A stretch of DNA of 63,442 bases, filler included, from Reticulomyxa filosa (taxonomy: Eukaryota; Protista; Foraminifera), in the NCBI GenBank assembly GCA_000512085.1. It is 18 parts of 18 records of this genome, joined end to end, with 100 filler letters (N's around TTAATTAATTAA, not from the genome) between each part and the next. Parts side by side here need not be neighbours in the genome. Positions count along the whole stretch, not along the records: positions 1 to 4,146 come from ASPP01023562.1; positions 4,247 to 10,757 come from ASPP01023484.1; positions 10,858 to 19,590 come from ASPP01004327.1; 15 more parts are not named here. One strand, given 5' to 3'. Below the pieces are notes generated by a model that made no database searches, was not told the origin of the DNA, and worked only from the letters and a program-made list of their open reading frames with translations. The position numbers were made by a program, and so were the translations under genes. This document shows, in pieces, positions 1 through 13,800 of the stretch. Within the stretch, counting starts at the first letter, position 1; every line of letters starts with the position of its first letter.

Positions 1-1078
1 TTCCTAAATAATCGATGAATCAGCTACAAAAGTATTATTTGATCCGAATGTATCAATACGAAGTTATTGTTTTGAGTAAGTTATTGCATTTTCTTCACAA
101 TTTTTATTTACTTATGCTATATTTTATTTTCCAATTTGAAAATTATTCGTATTATTTAATGTTGAAATAAAACCAAACAATTGTAGTGATGACCTTTTTA
201 GGCCTGTAATTTCAAATAATTTAGTTTACACTGTTCTAAATACAAAAATATGATCCAGCAGTTACTGCATAATATCTTTTATTTGCCAACCGATCTTTTA
301 AAAAACAAAATACGAGAACGCACAACCAAACTTTGTTCGTTTGTAGGATATTCGATCTGGTCAAAAAAGAGACAACTGTTTGTAACTATTGAGGCCGAAA
401 CAATCTGAAAATCTGTCAAGACAATTCGTGAAGAACCGTCCTCCTCAGACTTTGCATTGCAATCAGGCAACCGCCATAATGTTAATCAGCCACTTACGCA
501 TAACAAACAAAAGGATATCTTGGATCGGATTGAAATGTTTAATATTTTTTTTCTTTTTCATTTACATATTGCGCGTGACATTATTGAAATTTTTTCTTAT
601 ATATTTGGATGATTTGTGAATGGTCTGGCATGTGTGCATTGATGTTTTTTCTCTTCTAAATAAAATAAAGCACAATTTAATAGTAGTTTCAAAAGTTGCA
701 AATGTCACACCCACCAAAACGCATTAAAGTTGCAATCTTTTGTAAAATATGCATCACTGCTTTGTTTTTATCTCAAGCAAAAAATGGCAATCCCAATCAA
801 GAAAAAAACGATGCAACCAGCAACTATAAGTAAATTTCGAAAAAGACAATGCCTATAAGTTTTTATTGTGCGTAATTTAGTTTCCGTGAAAAAATATTGG
901 TTACGGAAATAATTTGCGTAATTTAGTTTCCGATATTCAGTAAGCCACAATGTTGAACAGAATTGTCAAAGTATGAAAAAGTAACAAGACAACACATTTA
1001 CGAAAGAAACAGATCATTTAAGGTGAATCTTTATGAAAGATGACCACAACAGACAATTTTCTTTTGGGAGGTGTTTTT

Positions 1079-4000
1079 TTAATCTTCTTCCCAGTTGACA
1101 TTTTGTGCCACAAAATCAGTATCAATTGCATGACAATTTGATATTGCGTAAAGCAGTTTCTTTTTCATAACCTCTTTTGATGAGTATTTAGGTAGCTCGA
1201 GGGAAAAGAAACATGTATCTATATTAATTCAATTACCACCACCATGATTACGTATATTTTTTAAGACATGAAAAAAAGAAAGAAGATATGTTGAACACAG
1301 TGACATACGGCTGACGGGCAGGACATTGTCATCATTTCTCGGAGACATTTGAATTCCAAATTGTTCTTGGAAGTCTTCAGAACGGGTAGGAAGACGGCTT
1401 TGTCCCCAAACAAATCGCAAAAAGTTGCTTCGTTGTTGATGAGTGAATTCTTCCAATACATCCCAGAAATATTGAATATGTTTTTCGGTGACTTTTACGC
1501 CCGATTTGTACACAGTATTGGCTTTAAGTAATTCCAGATCAATTTCACGCTTACCACAGACCATTAATTCCAATTCTTGCCACGTGAATAGAGGTAGCAA
1601 TGCAATTGGGACAATAGTAGCCAATCCCCGTCGAATTGCATCTACTTGAGTGGTGAACTCATTTAAACGATAGCGTTCGAGCAACTGAACATATTCTTTT
1701 CGATTTTCCCACGTGACTTGAATCTTATCTCCATTGGTTTTTAACAACACTTGTCTACCATCAGACGAAGTGGTTGTAAACTGATATGGGAAATAATCGC
1801 TAAATGTCTGCGGTGTCACACCTTCTCTTTCAATATTGGACAGCTTATCTAAAATATCGAAGCATAGACTATCAATTTCTTTCAAATCTTCTCGTCCAAC
1901 TTGTTTTCCCACCAAAGGTTTCCACACTAAAGATGGCAAATCCAAGTTTAAGTAGTGCTTGCCTCGGATGGCAACTCCCATTAGCTTTCCTACGAACGTG
2001 TACATGGAAAGCTGCAAAGACGAAGTGCACGATGGATTGGGAACCCATTTTTCTTGGTTGTCTCCATATCCTCGAGAGTTTGGACATTTGATGAACAACA
2101 TCAAGTGATCGGATTGCAAATCACCAGAAATGGCACTCAGCGAATCTCTAAACAATCCACCGGCATCAGTACCGCCTTCGCCCTCATACACAATACTCCA
2201 AGGACGATGGCCTGTGGCGCATCGCAAATACACTGGTTTTACAAAGTTGAGCGTGCGATACACTTGACCAAAGATTGACTTTTTGGATGCCTCGGTGGCA
2301 CTTAGTGCGTTGGTCGCTGCTCGTTCACGTGCCCTTAGCGCACGAAGACGATTGATCACGACGCTTGTGCGATTATTGGAAGACGTTTGCTGCAAGACAT
2401 TTTGCCAAGGCTGTCGCTTCAAATCGCTGAAAATCAAAGATCTCAAACCGCACAATCTCGAGGCTAACGACCAGCTCAAGCCGACTTGGGTGAAGTCGAC
2501 CAATGGGAAAATGGTTTTCATCTTATGGTTCAAAATCTGCAACATAAAGTATCTTCGCTTCAACACTTGGATATCGATATCACTTAAAGCATCATATTTT
2601 TCCAACAATTTCTCGCCCAGATTCAATGAGTGAGCAACAATGTCTAATTGAGATAACTGACGCAACAAATTGCGTGCCTCTCTTTCATTTCCATTTTCAA
2701 TAGGGTTTCCATTGGCATCAAATCCACCAGCCCCGCCAACCATTTTCCACACGTCGCGTAAATCGATCATTCCAGTATCTTGGAAGCAGTTTTCAAACAG
2801 CGCAATGACATCATGATCCAAGTTTGTGCCACTGACACTGTTCCAGCGAATGGGGTCAAATTCGGGGACTTTGGACATTACGGCATTGCGGAAATATTGC
2901 AGTGACAGTCTGGACTTTGTTGCAGGATCGTGTTTGGATCGGAACTGTATGCTCGGCACCGGGGCTTTGGCCAACAGTTGCGCGTCAAGCCTGTATTTGT
3001 CAATGGATTTGTCGGACAAGCACCGCAAATAATATCGACAATCCAAGATCATTCCATTCACGCCAAGAGAGTGAACAACAGGTTGTGTGAATCCATTTTC
3101 CACGCCCGGACGACATTTGCCTAAGTATATAGGGTCGTTGTTATGTTTCAATGGCCCATTGGTACGTTGCTTTTGGACCAGTTTTCCATCCAAATACAAT
3201 TTCACGCCAACGGCATTGCCGGTCACTGCAACGTGTTTCCACGTCTTTGGTTTCAACTCCTCGCTTTCATGCGAAAGGGTAATGCGAGTATTCGCTTTGG
3301 TTATCACGTGCACTTGCAAATTATTTTTCTTGTTTCCGGCTGGAAAGCATATCCATGGAAGTAACGAATTACCGCTTCGATCGCCTTTCCTCAAAATACT
3401 GCGAACTTCCGTGCTGTCCGATCTTCGGTCCAAATACAGCCAAAACATAACTGTGAACTCGCTAATTTCACCAATGCCTCCGGTTGGACATGGCTTTGCA
3501 GGGGATGGGTCTTCACTTTCGGTTAGTTTCAAGGGTTTGTTATGAGGCACGATTGTGGAATGCGACTCGGACACTTGGACGTTCCTTGCCACTTCGCCCA
3601 AAAACATTGCCGGCAATCGATAGCCATCGTTTCGCGGCACTTTTTCCGGGCGTGATGTGTCTGCAGACAGTTCGCTATGCGGCTGCGATCGGACATTGTC
3701 ACTGGCGTGAATGGCCCGCGCGTGATTTTCCTCCAATGCCTGGTGCACTGCCAATGTCAGCGATGACATTTCCACGACGCGATCAAAGGTAGACTGCTCG
3801 GCGCATATGTAAATAGGGACATCCGATTTCAAGGTTATTTTTCTATTTTTTAGAACGTCTGTGCGAATATCGTCCAACACTGGGTCAAACACTTCTCGAC
3901 GAATTTCGTATTCAATTTTCAGTTCTTTTTCTGTGATGGGACGACTTGGGTCGGGATCATTGTCGAACAAATGTGGCAAAAATGTCGTCCATTGATTTCG

Positions 4001-4146
4001 CGGAGGCACTTTGAGTTACAAAAATCATTTTTTTTTTTTTTAAACTCTCCTGTCCAAAAAAAAAAAGTAGATAAGAAAGAGATAAAACATACGCATCAAA
4101 CGTGTTCCACCATAGTTTTTCACATGCTCTTGCATCTTGTGGGTAA
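1079..4146 (-). CDS. HECT E3 ubiquitin ligase with LamG/concanavalin-like domain (5'-truncated, spliced)
   Basis: HECT motifs YEGEGGTDAGGLFRD, FLRFVWGQSRLP are present. GT-AG intron 1308..1219 joins LPVS|HTCFFSLELPKYSS (catalytic Cys) to a TAA at 1079-1081. LamG-like FTVMFWLY...WKHVAVT...LYLDG lies upstream. Another intron at about 4009-4092. Confidence 0.93.
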
Positions 4147-4246
4147 NNNNNNNNNNNNNNNNNNNNNNNNNNNNNNNNNNNNNNNNNNNNTTAATTAATT
4201 AANNNNNNNNNNNNNNNNNNNNNNNNNNNNNNNNNNNNNNNNNNNN
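4147..4246. other. Artificial contig linker N44-TTAATTAATTAA-N44 (first of 17)
   Basis: The same 100-bp spacer with stops in all six frames recurs at 10758, 19591, 31468, 35329, 37917, 40095, 42814, 43914, 47834, 49949, 51870, 54421, 55748, 57914, 60041 and 62327. Confidence 0.98.
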
Positions 4247-4277
<31 letters not shown>

Positions 4278-5749
4278 AACAACAAAAACAGAAACAAACA
4301 ACTTTTTGAGGATCACTTGTGTCTGTGTAGGAGTTCCAGTAATCATATTACCAATACACCGCAAAACAGGGTGCTGTACGAATGGGGACGGGTGTTCCAA
4401 TAGATTGACCAGTTTGATTAAAACACCACTTTTTTGAATCAATTCGATTCGTTCCAAATCGGTTGAATCGCTTCTTACCCGATCTTCTTTGCCTTCGTTG
4501 CTCGAGTTGCCATTCTCTCCATTGTTGTTGTTATTGTTGTTGCTGTCGTCATCGTCGTCGTCATTGTCAGTCAAGTAGCTGAATGCCCACGACGCGTCTT
4601 GCAAAATGTCCCCATCGGTAGACATCAAGAAGGGCATAAGTGCAGGCAGACATTTTTCAATTACCACTCGCGGAGGTGCCGGCTTCCCGCGACAGTAGTT
4701 GCTTAATGCCCAGCACGCCGTGCGAAGCAGTGATAATTGCTTGCGGTTGGTCACATTATTCAAGCCTTCCAATCGAGGAATCAGTTTGTCCAATCCCCCT
4801 GCTGCCAATACCAAGTCACGGCATTTCGCGTTTTCCCCACTGATATTCCCTAGTGCCCACAATGATTGTTCAAAAATTTCCTCATTTTTTGTGGTTTCTA
4901 ACAACCGGACAAATGCTGGAATTCCATCTATTTGTTCATTTGTTTATTTGTTCGTTTCGTGTTGCAGTTTAATCCTCCCCTCACTTACGTGCACTGATTA
5001 ATTACAAAAAAAAAATTCAATAAAATTTGAATATACACGTACAAATAAACACATATGAATATCATTTTTTTTATTAAAAAAAAAAAAAAACTGAAGTCGT
5101 AAAGTCGAACTTCAAAAAAAAAAAAAAAAAAAGGGGGAAGGTAAAGGTACAAAAGGACAAATAGATGACTCTCAACTGTTCCTGATGACACATGCAGTCG
5201 CTTCGGTAGTCCCTGATACGATGTTCGTCAAAGCCCACGCGGCTTCGAGCTGGAGGGCTTCGAATTCACTTTTGGCACAAAACTCCACTAATCGAGGGAC
5301 TATTCCTGAATCGATGACCTTGTCAATTGGAGGTTTCTTGTCCACTGACAACAACTGTCTGATTCTTTTACAACACTCATAATTGGTTTTTTCGTGATTT
5401 TCGTGGCATCCTTTTACCAATTCACCCAATTGTTCCAACTTTTTTTTTTCAAAATGTAAAACGAACAAATTTTTTATTTTCTCTTGTCTTCTCTATTCAA
5501 TCCAAAAAAAAAAGGGAAAACAAAAAGTCTTACCAATTGCATTGAAAATTTGTCCAGTTGATGCAATTTTTCGGTCTCTTCATGGCCTTCGTGTGTCTGC
5601 AAGCTCACTCTTCTTTTTTTCAAAATTTGCGACCTCTGACGCTTTCTTAATAATAATCTTTCCTCTTCGCGCTCACGACGCCTTTCTTCTACATCTAAGC
5701 CTTTTTGAAACTCTCTTTGAACTGATGAGGATGCGTTTTCATTGAACAT
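4247..5749 (-). CDS. Importin subunit alpha (3'-truncated, spliced)
   Basis: IBB domain (FQKGLDVEERRRERE...LRKRQRSQILKKRR) followed by ARM repeats LQLEAAWALTNIVSG, EQSLWALGNISGE, TACWALSNYCRGKP, DASWAFSYLTD, PVLRCIGNMITG. Confidence 0.95.
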
Positions 5750-6987
5750 AATTAAAATTTAAGGATTAAAAAGTTTAAAAAATAACAAAAAGGACACTGG
5801 TCATTTGAAGCTCGAAACGTTGGGAAAAAAGAAGGTTGCGAGTTTCAAAGCTATAAAATTGCTATTTTCTAAATTTTCTATGCCACATTCTCGACACAAA
5901 AATCATAACAACGATAAAAAAGTACATAATGCAAATGTACCAGAAGGAAGAAGAATACAAGTAACTCTTCTTTCCAAAGGAAAAAACTGCTGACAGTATA
6001 ATAATAGATCACAATCGCTAATTGAAAAAATTTTGTATACTTGCCTTAATTTGAAATAGCCAAGTGAAAAAAAATAACAAACATAATTATACTTTGTTTA
6101 GATTTTTTAAATAAAATTTTTCATTACTTTTCCGTTTTCGACTTTTTGATATTATCAACACTTTTGATTAACTTTTGTTGATTTTATTAAATGTTTACAA
6201 AATATTCTGTTGTTGGTTTATTAATTAGTGACGTGTACGCGAAAGAAATTTGTGGGACTTACTACACGATTATTGAAACGTTATATAAATACAAAAATTT
6301 GTTTGCAGTACCTGATCAATATCCAATGAAATCTAATTATGAAAAATCACAAAAAGAACATGAATGTTCCAAAATGTGCAAAAACTATTTAGACGTTCAC
6401 TGTAAAATAAATAAAACAGATAAAAAGCTTGTTATTTTCCAAATTGAACTTTGTAATATTCTTCATTCAAAAAAATTAAATTATCTACGAATTTCTGTCA
6501 ATGAGCGAATTTTCTAGAAAATGCACAAAAACGAACCAAAATATGTAAAATAGAATAGTTCACAAAAGGGTGTGTAGTTCCATTTTATTTTTATTTTTAT
6601 CTGTCATGTTCTTTTTTTCTAACATGCTCCAAGTACTTACGCTATATTTATGGTCTATATTTAACAAAGCAAAAAATTATGGACTTGACACTTAAAATTT
6701 TAAGATTTTACTTGTTATATTTTTTAATTGATTAAACATTATGTATTGTTTAATAAGTGATTGTCAATGAAAAAGGACAATTAGTAAAAATGAGCGCATT
6801 GTTTGAAACAGCAAAGAAAAAATGTCAAAAAAAATTATGATATAATATTAATGCAATTGACAAAGAAAAGCTAAAATGTTGAATATTTGTTTTTAGTTGA
6901 GCTAATAAGTGACATTGTCGCGTATTTCAACTTTTTAAAAATCATTTTTGAGAATAAATCGAACAGCGTTAACTTAAAGAAAAAATT

Positions 6988-8447
6988 TTAAACAGAAAAG
7001 AGTTCAGTGATAGAAAATTGGTCACTATGGTCATAGTCTTGTTGTTCAAAAAAGACTTTTTTTAAAAAAAGGCCTTTGGCTGGGGCAGTAACCACTTGTC
7101 TTGTTCTTTTTTTTCCTTTCAAGATTTGTTCCAATTGTTCGACTTGTAATTTTTTCAAGCCCACTTCAACAATTGTCCCAACAATACTCCTGGCCATCTT
7201 ATACAAGAAGCGATTACCGATCATGGATATTGTCATATGTTTGGAATCATTTTCATTTATATGAAGGGATACCAATTTCATGCGTTTGACCGCTTTATTT
7301 TCTTCAAAGCGATATTGTTGCGTTAATGTTTTTGTCTCTCCATTTTTGGTATCCAGTACTGTGAACGCTAAAAAATTGTGTTCCCCGGTTAGCACTTTGC
7401 ACGCAGCCTGCATGTTTTGGATATCTTCCTCGTCAAATTTGTAATGTGGAATATTCCACATGTACAGAGCTCGAAAGGGCGGCAGACGAGAGGAGGAGTA
7501 AATGTGGTAAATGTATTGTTTTCCTAAGCAACTGAATCGACTGTGAAACGTTTGTGAAATGCACTCCACATTTGTGACAAGAATGTCATCCGGCAAAGAC
7601 TGGAACAGTTTCATTAGTCCGATGCAATTCGAAGACGCATCAAATGTGCTTTCGGGAACAACCACCGGTTTTTTACCCAACTCAATTTTTGTATTAAGTG
7701 GTAGATCAAAATGAAAGACCTATCCTCCCCCAATTTATTGATTATATGTTCAAACAAAAATAAAAATACGCCCTTTCCACATGCACATGGAAGGAATAAT
7801 AGACACTCTCCATTTATGCAAACAGACACGACAAACAAAGGAACAAACAACTAACTAAATACTTGGCCTTTGGCGTGAACGCCAGTATCAGTACGACCCG
7901 ATCCGACAACGACGATTCTTTTGTGGAAATAGGACTCCATTCTTTTTTCAATTTTGTCTTGCACCGTTTGCCCGTTGGGCTGGGACTGCCAGCCTTCGTA
8001 TCCAGTTCCATCATAGCTTACGATACACTTGTAACGGTGGGATTCTGGGGAGTCGAGTGGCTCTTCCTTTTCTTCCTTCGGGCTGTCTTTTATTGGACGC
8101 TTATTGCAGCCAAAGCGCGTGTGAACAAAGTGAACGTTAAAATAACACTTTGGGTTTTGACACTGCATATGCACCAGGGACTGATGGCAAGGCTCACACA
8201 GTTTCGGTAACATATGCTCTTGATCTGTTTGATCTCTTTTGTTTGGAAAATGTGCTGTCGCCAATAGCGTGGAATGTTGGTGATTTTGGATCAAGGCCTG
8301 CTCTTGCTTTGAAGCAAGGACACGGTCTTGGACTAAAGAGTCATTCAGCTCTGCTGGCCCAAACCAAGAGTAGGGAGTATGTGTTAAACAAGGAAATAAT
8401 GGGTTCCAACAAATGTCTGTCGTCATTGAATTTTTTACGGCGGACAT
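6988..8447 (-). CDS. TruA-family tRNA pseudouridine synthase
   Basis: Motifs VSYDGTGYEGWQ, GSGRTDTGVHAKGQ (catalytic Asp), GEHNFLAF, GNRFLYKMARSIVG, TAPAKGLFL. Intron 7862..7720 joins GQ|VFHFD. Confidence 0.93.
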
Positions 8448-8786
8448 GAAGTTGGTCTGTTGAAAAAAAAATTAATTTAAAGTCTGTTCCTAAGCGTGCT
8501 GAACAAAATAAAAATAAACTTGGAAACAAGTGAAATTTCTTTTGATTTTGTTTGTGAAATTTGCTTCTATTACAAAGTGTCTGTTTTTTTTTACACTAAC
8601 AGAATCCTCTTGAATTGACAGCAAATTTAACATACAGTGCAGTTAAAGTGAAAAAATCTAGCCGTTATGCTGAAGAATAAAAAAAAGAGCCAGGATTTGG
8701 CAAGAGAGCACTTCAAAGCACAACAATCGCACCACTTATACACACAAAAAAAAAAAAATCGACATAAAGGTGGGGGGAAAAATATG

Positions 8787-10757
8787 CTAATTTTTCTTGT
8801 TGGCCTGAGTCGGTCCAAATTCTTGTTTGAATTTGATTTTTTCCGTTCTCACTTCTGCTTTTTCTGCCATACCACCATCGTCGCCATCAGCTTCATCTGT
8901 ATTGAAATCATTGGTCTTGGGCCCTTGTAAATGTGTAAAAGGTTGTGCCAATGGATTGACAGCAACTTGGTCCAAGTCTTTACCAAATCCTTGTTCTTGT
9001 TCTGCAATGACAGCATCGATATCTTCATCAGCTTGTTTTACTTCTGCTTCTTTCATCTTGTGATTGACCCACCATCGGTAAGCCATGAATCCTGCCACGG
9101 CCAATACACAACCTAAACAAAACAAAACAAAGCAAAGTAAAGTAAAGTAAAAAGTATGAATTAAAATAATTTCAATTGTTAATTTTACTAAAGTAAAAAA
9201 AAAATTTACAAATGATGAAAACATACCAATGCCACCCAGGACGTACCACAACCAGCTCTGATAACTATTGTTCTTTGTGACAAGGTTGCTCTTGGTATTT
9301 CTTTGATCCGTATCTTGAATAATGACAAAGACGCTGCTGGGATAGCTTATAGAGCAGGAACGATTATCATTTTCTTGCGCGCCTGATCGACTCTGATTGT
9401 TAATGACAGTGCACGAGGTGAGATTAAGCAAAAAGACTTCGTAGGGTAAATCAGTGCTATATATTAGCAATCCTTGAGGTGGATTTTCATTTAAAATGTC
9501 AAGATACAAGTTTCCGGCACGATTTCCTGAACCTGATATAATTGCTTGTCCTGTCCAAGGTCCAATATCTTCTTTCGAGGGTCCCATTTCTCCGAGTTGA
9601 GTGGAATTTTCATGTTGTGAAGTGAACCAAGAATCATCTGGCAAAGTAATATTGATACTCTTGCTCGGATCCCCACCGGATATGCGTTGGTTGTACAAGT
9701 ACAAAGTTTCATTGAATCTCGCGCTTTTCGCAAACGTGCGATTGACAAAGTGGATTTCAAAGTTAACTCGCACGTCATAAATGTATGTGGCCTTGTTGCG
9801 TTTCAGCACAATGGAAGTGGGAGAGGACTGCTCTGGAGTCACGACAATCGGAATGTCTAATTCACAATCTCGGCCCCAAGACGTGCATCCACAACGCTCA
9901 GATTGTCTTGTGCTGTTGTTATTCGGCGTGGAAGAGTTGCTCGTCGATTCGCACATCAACACGTCCAAGTACGCATTCACTCCTCCATACGTGGGGGCTC
10001 GGGTTGGAGAGAAAGTTGGTGAGAATGTTGGGGCCGCAGTAGGGGCCGCGGTCACAACTTTTTTTTTTTTTTTTTTTTTTTACAAATGCCAAACATCATA
10101 TTATATAACTTTTCCATTAAAAATAAATAAATATTTAATAAATGCAAATGTATTACCGTTGCAGTCAATAGTTTTGCGGGCATAACCTTGGGAATCATAT
10201 TCGTCAAGGAATGTTGTTGTCAGAGAGATGCGACCACCAGTCACGTTATACGCTGGAGTCAGCGATGATATAACTCGAAACACAGTGAGACAAGTGTCGT
10301 TTTTGGTGGAATTGATACAGGACAAGGAACTTTGGGAGATTGCCGGAACAGGACGTTTTTGTGTTGAGTTGGTTGCCTTGTTGAAAAATGAGAAATAGTA
10401 CTCAATCTTGCTTGCGCGTGGCGTGTTAGGAGGATCAACACCAACTAAATGGAAATATCCTGAGCCATAACGGTTTCCAGATTCGAGCTTAAATTCGCAC
10501 CAAGTCATATTAATATCAGCAAACGTGGGCGACGGAGTGGGCGATCTTGTCGGCGGGACTGTCGGTGCCGATGTTGGGTGACCTGTTGGTCTTCGAGTGG
10601 GCATCTTCGTTGGTACAGGAGTTGGGGCCACTGTTGGGCTTGCCGTTGTCACATTGCAATGCACAAATGAACCATACACCGTTTTCGTGTTGTGCTCAAT
10701 CCACGTTGGACGCAAGCATGCGTGATCTTTTTGGAAGTCGTACCATACACCCAAAGG
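8787..10757 (-). CDS. Single-pass membrane glycoprotein with Pro/Thr (xxPT) stalk repeats (5'-truncated, spliced)
   Basis: Two blocks of TAAPT/TRSPT-type repeats, many N-x-S/T sequons, TM helix WLWYVLGGIG..CVLAVAGFMAYRWW and a short acidic tail. Introns at about 10156..10058 and about 9225..9113. Confidence 0.75.
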
Positions 10758-10857
10758 NNNNNNNNNNNNNNNNNNNNNNNNNNNNNNNNNNNNNNNNNNN
10801 NTTAATTAATTAANNNNNNNNNNNNNNNNNNNNNNNNNNNNNNNNNNNNNNNNNNNN

Positions 10858-13800
10858 TATAAATATATATAAATATATATAAATATATATATTTATATAT
10901 ACACATATATATAACTTATATAACATATAAAGAGGAAGCAAGCGAAAAGCGAAAGAAAGAAGCACCTCCATCGTCCCTTAGCCACTCTTGGTCTGGAAAA
11001 AAAGTGGCGAAAAACAAGTACAACAATACGTCAGTGATTGACTTGGGCTGTCCCAAAGAGCTGAACTTTAGCGGGTCCACGACGATGGAGTGTTGGGTGC
11101 GATTCCCCAACGCCGAGACTCGACAAGGCAACCAGCAACTGTTCCTCCACGGCGACGGCAACTATTCGACGTATTTCTACATCCAAGGCAAGGCCTGTAC
11201 GCGGGCTCGTCCACGATCAACGGCACGAGCAGTGGTTACACGACGACCCAAGCCGACTTGTCGCAATGGACTCACGTCGCAGCGACGTATGACACAAACG
11301 ATATGATTTGGCGCATTTATGTGAACGGCGGATTGGTGACGAACAACAGTTATCCAAGCAATCCCAACTGTATGCCACAGGCCAATGGCAAAAATTGGTT
11401 CATTGGTAGCATTTCGGGAAGACCCTTTTTTGGACAAGTGTGTGATATAAGAATTTGGAGTTGCACACGAACGGAAGAGCAGATCAAAAAAAACATGAAA
11501 GCGCGAGTGGAAGACGTGCTCGCACAAGAAAACTTGCGTGGCTTTTGGCCTTGTAACGACGGACTCGGTCTCGTTGTGAGAGACCTATCACCTTTTAACA
11601 ATTACGGCTTTATCAAAGACTGCGAATGGAAAAACGAGCCCCGACCTTTCCCTTTGCGCATTTCCAAAGACGAGACGGAGACATTGCAAGGGTTTAGTCC
11701 ATCGGTGACTCAGACAGCCACTTTTTACACCAATGGCGAGACTTTGGTCATTGCCCATCCGAGCTATTTGTTTTGGAATCGAACATACTATGGAGTGGCT
11801 CAGAAATTCTCATTGGACACAGGACTATTGCTCGACGAGCTAGAGTACGAAGACTTTGGAAATGTGGAGTCAGCCTGCTTCTCCAGCAATGGCAAACACA
11901 TGTGGCTTTTAGCCGGCAGTGTGGCCACCTCGTCGTCCACGTGTCATACCATGCAAGCTCCCACCACCATTAGTCAATGGAGAGCAAGTCGCATGCAGCA
12001 ACTAATCGAAGAGGCGCAGCAAATGACCCCCAAGAAACTGCTCAAGAAATATGCCTTGCCTGGCGTCGACGCGTTATCCGTTCGAAGCGAAAAGGAAAAC
12101 ACAATCAACCTGGCCACCATTGAGGAGACTTTGGACGCATTGCAAAACACAAGTGCAAGTGCAAGTGTGAGCGCAAGTGCAAGCGCAAGTGCAATATTCA
12201 ACAATTTGATATCAAGTGGGATCTCGTCCACGCCCAGTGGCACCGTGTTGCGAGATGAAGTGTCTGCGACATTGGCATTGGCTAACATAATCGTGAAACT
12301 GGACAACGACTGCGAGGCGTTGCGAACGGTAGACACATTGGAACATGTGCCCATGTCACTGTCGATTCCCTTTGGAGTCGACCTGACCACGCAAACTTTT
12401 GAGTCGTTGCTGGAGATTGCAGAACGATTGACAGAAGAGTTTTACGCAACAGAGTGGACGGAGCCAAAAGAAGTGACGCCCTCGAAGAAGGACTTGGTGT
12501 CGGAAGACTTTAGTCGAGACAATTTGGAGGAAGTGCGAATGCTGGCATTGCTAACCGTCCTTCGAGCGCTGCGAACGAACATTACACACTTGGTAACATG
12601 GAATGTGGACCCCACATCGTGCGGCTTCAACAAGCGCCAAACAGACGACTTGGGCTTAGAACTGGAGGAGTCATTGACCATTCGCGAACGCTATGTGAAA
12701 CTATTGAATCGCTTGGTGTTTGATCGACCCAGTCGAACGAGGCCGAAACTGCTGGAAGATGAAGTGCACACAGAGGTGGCCGAGTGCCTAAGCATTGGAC
12801 TGTCTGTGTTTTACATGGATCCCATTGATCGCGTCGGCATTTTGTTTGACCATGTCGAAGGATGCACCACCTCGCCCAATCCATTGCGTCTGTTGTTGGC
12901 CAGTCGATACTTTGACTCGCTCACCAAACCGCACAACCTGATTGGTTTGGTGCCGGCTCTTATTACCATTTACAAAAAAGGCAAAGATTCGCCCATGTTC
13001 CCGCGATGCTTCCTGTTGCATAGCGTGTTGCAATTGATCTTTGACGACGCCAAACTGGCAATGAAGAAGCAGTTGGAAGATGATACCATCATTACCACTA
13101 ACAATAACAATAACAATAACACGCCTGGTGAGGATTTGCGCACAACTGAAAAAAAGGCCAAGACTTGAGTAGTGCATTGTCCAAGTCTTCGGGCAAAGAC
13201 CTGATTCGGACATTGCGACAGTTTTTGGCGCGAATGGAGATATGCTTGTTCAATGGAGAAATGGGAAAGAATGAAAAGGACGTATACACCAAGTATGCAT
13301 TGCCATACGCATTTAAGCTGATAGATAATTGTTCGGAGTTGATCGAGTCTGTGAACAACAAAAAGGTGAAACTGGAGTTGCATGTGCAGGCGTCACTATT
13401 GAAAATCTTTGAGGAGCGAGTAGGCGAATTGCTGCCGCCGCTGATTAACGTGATGTGGGGAATGACAATCGATCCGAAATTGGCAAGCGATATTTTGCCG
13501 CGCATTCACCGTCTCTTGGTCGCTCTCAATACATTGATGCAAGACCTGCCCAACATTTTGGTGTCGGAGCGCGACTTTGTGGTTGGCAAATATGACCGCA
13601 TTGTGGTGGACCGTACAGTGGTTGCAGAAAGCATACACCCGGTGCAAAGAGGCACGAGCGAGAAGACGGTGTCGGTCCCGGGAGCTAAAGTATTGAAGCT
13701 AACCATTGATCCGCAGACATTTAATTCAAACGCCCCAGGAGCATCACTCACATTGTATCGTCGTCCGAATCAGCAAGACCCCATTGAAGGGGCCAACTTT

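Noticed and set aside
4191-4202. Recurrent TTAATTAATTAA palindrome flanked by Ns, resembling a regular repeat array
   Set aside because: It is an artificial six-frame-stop contig linker.
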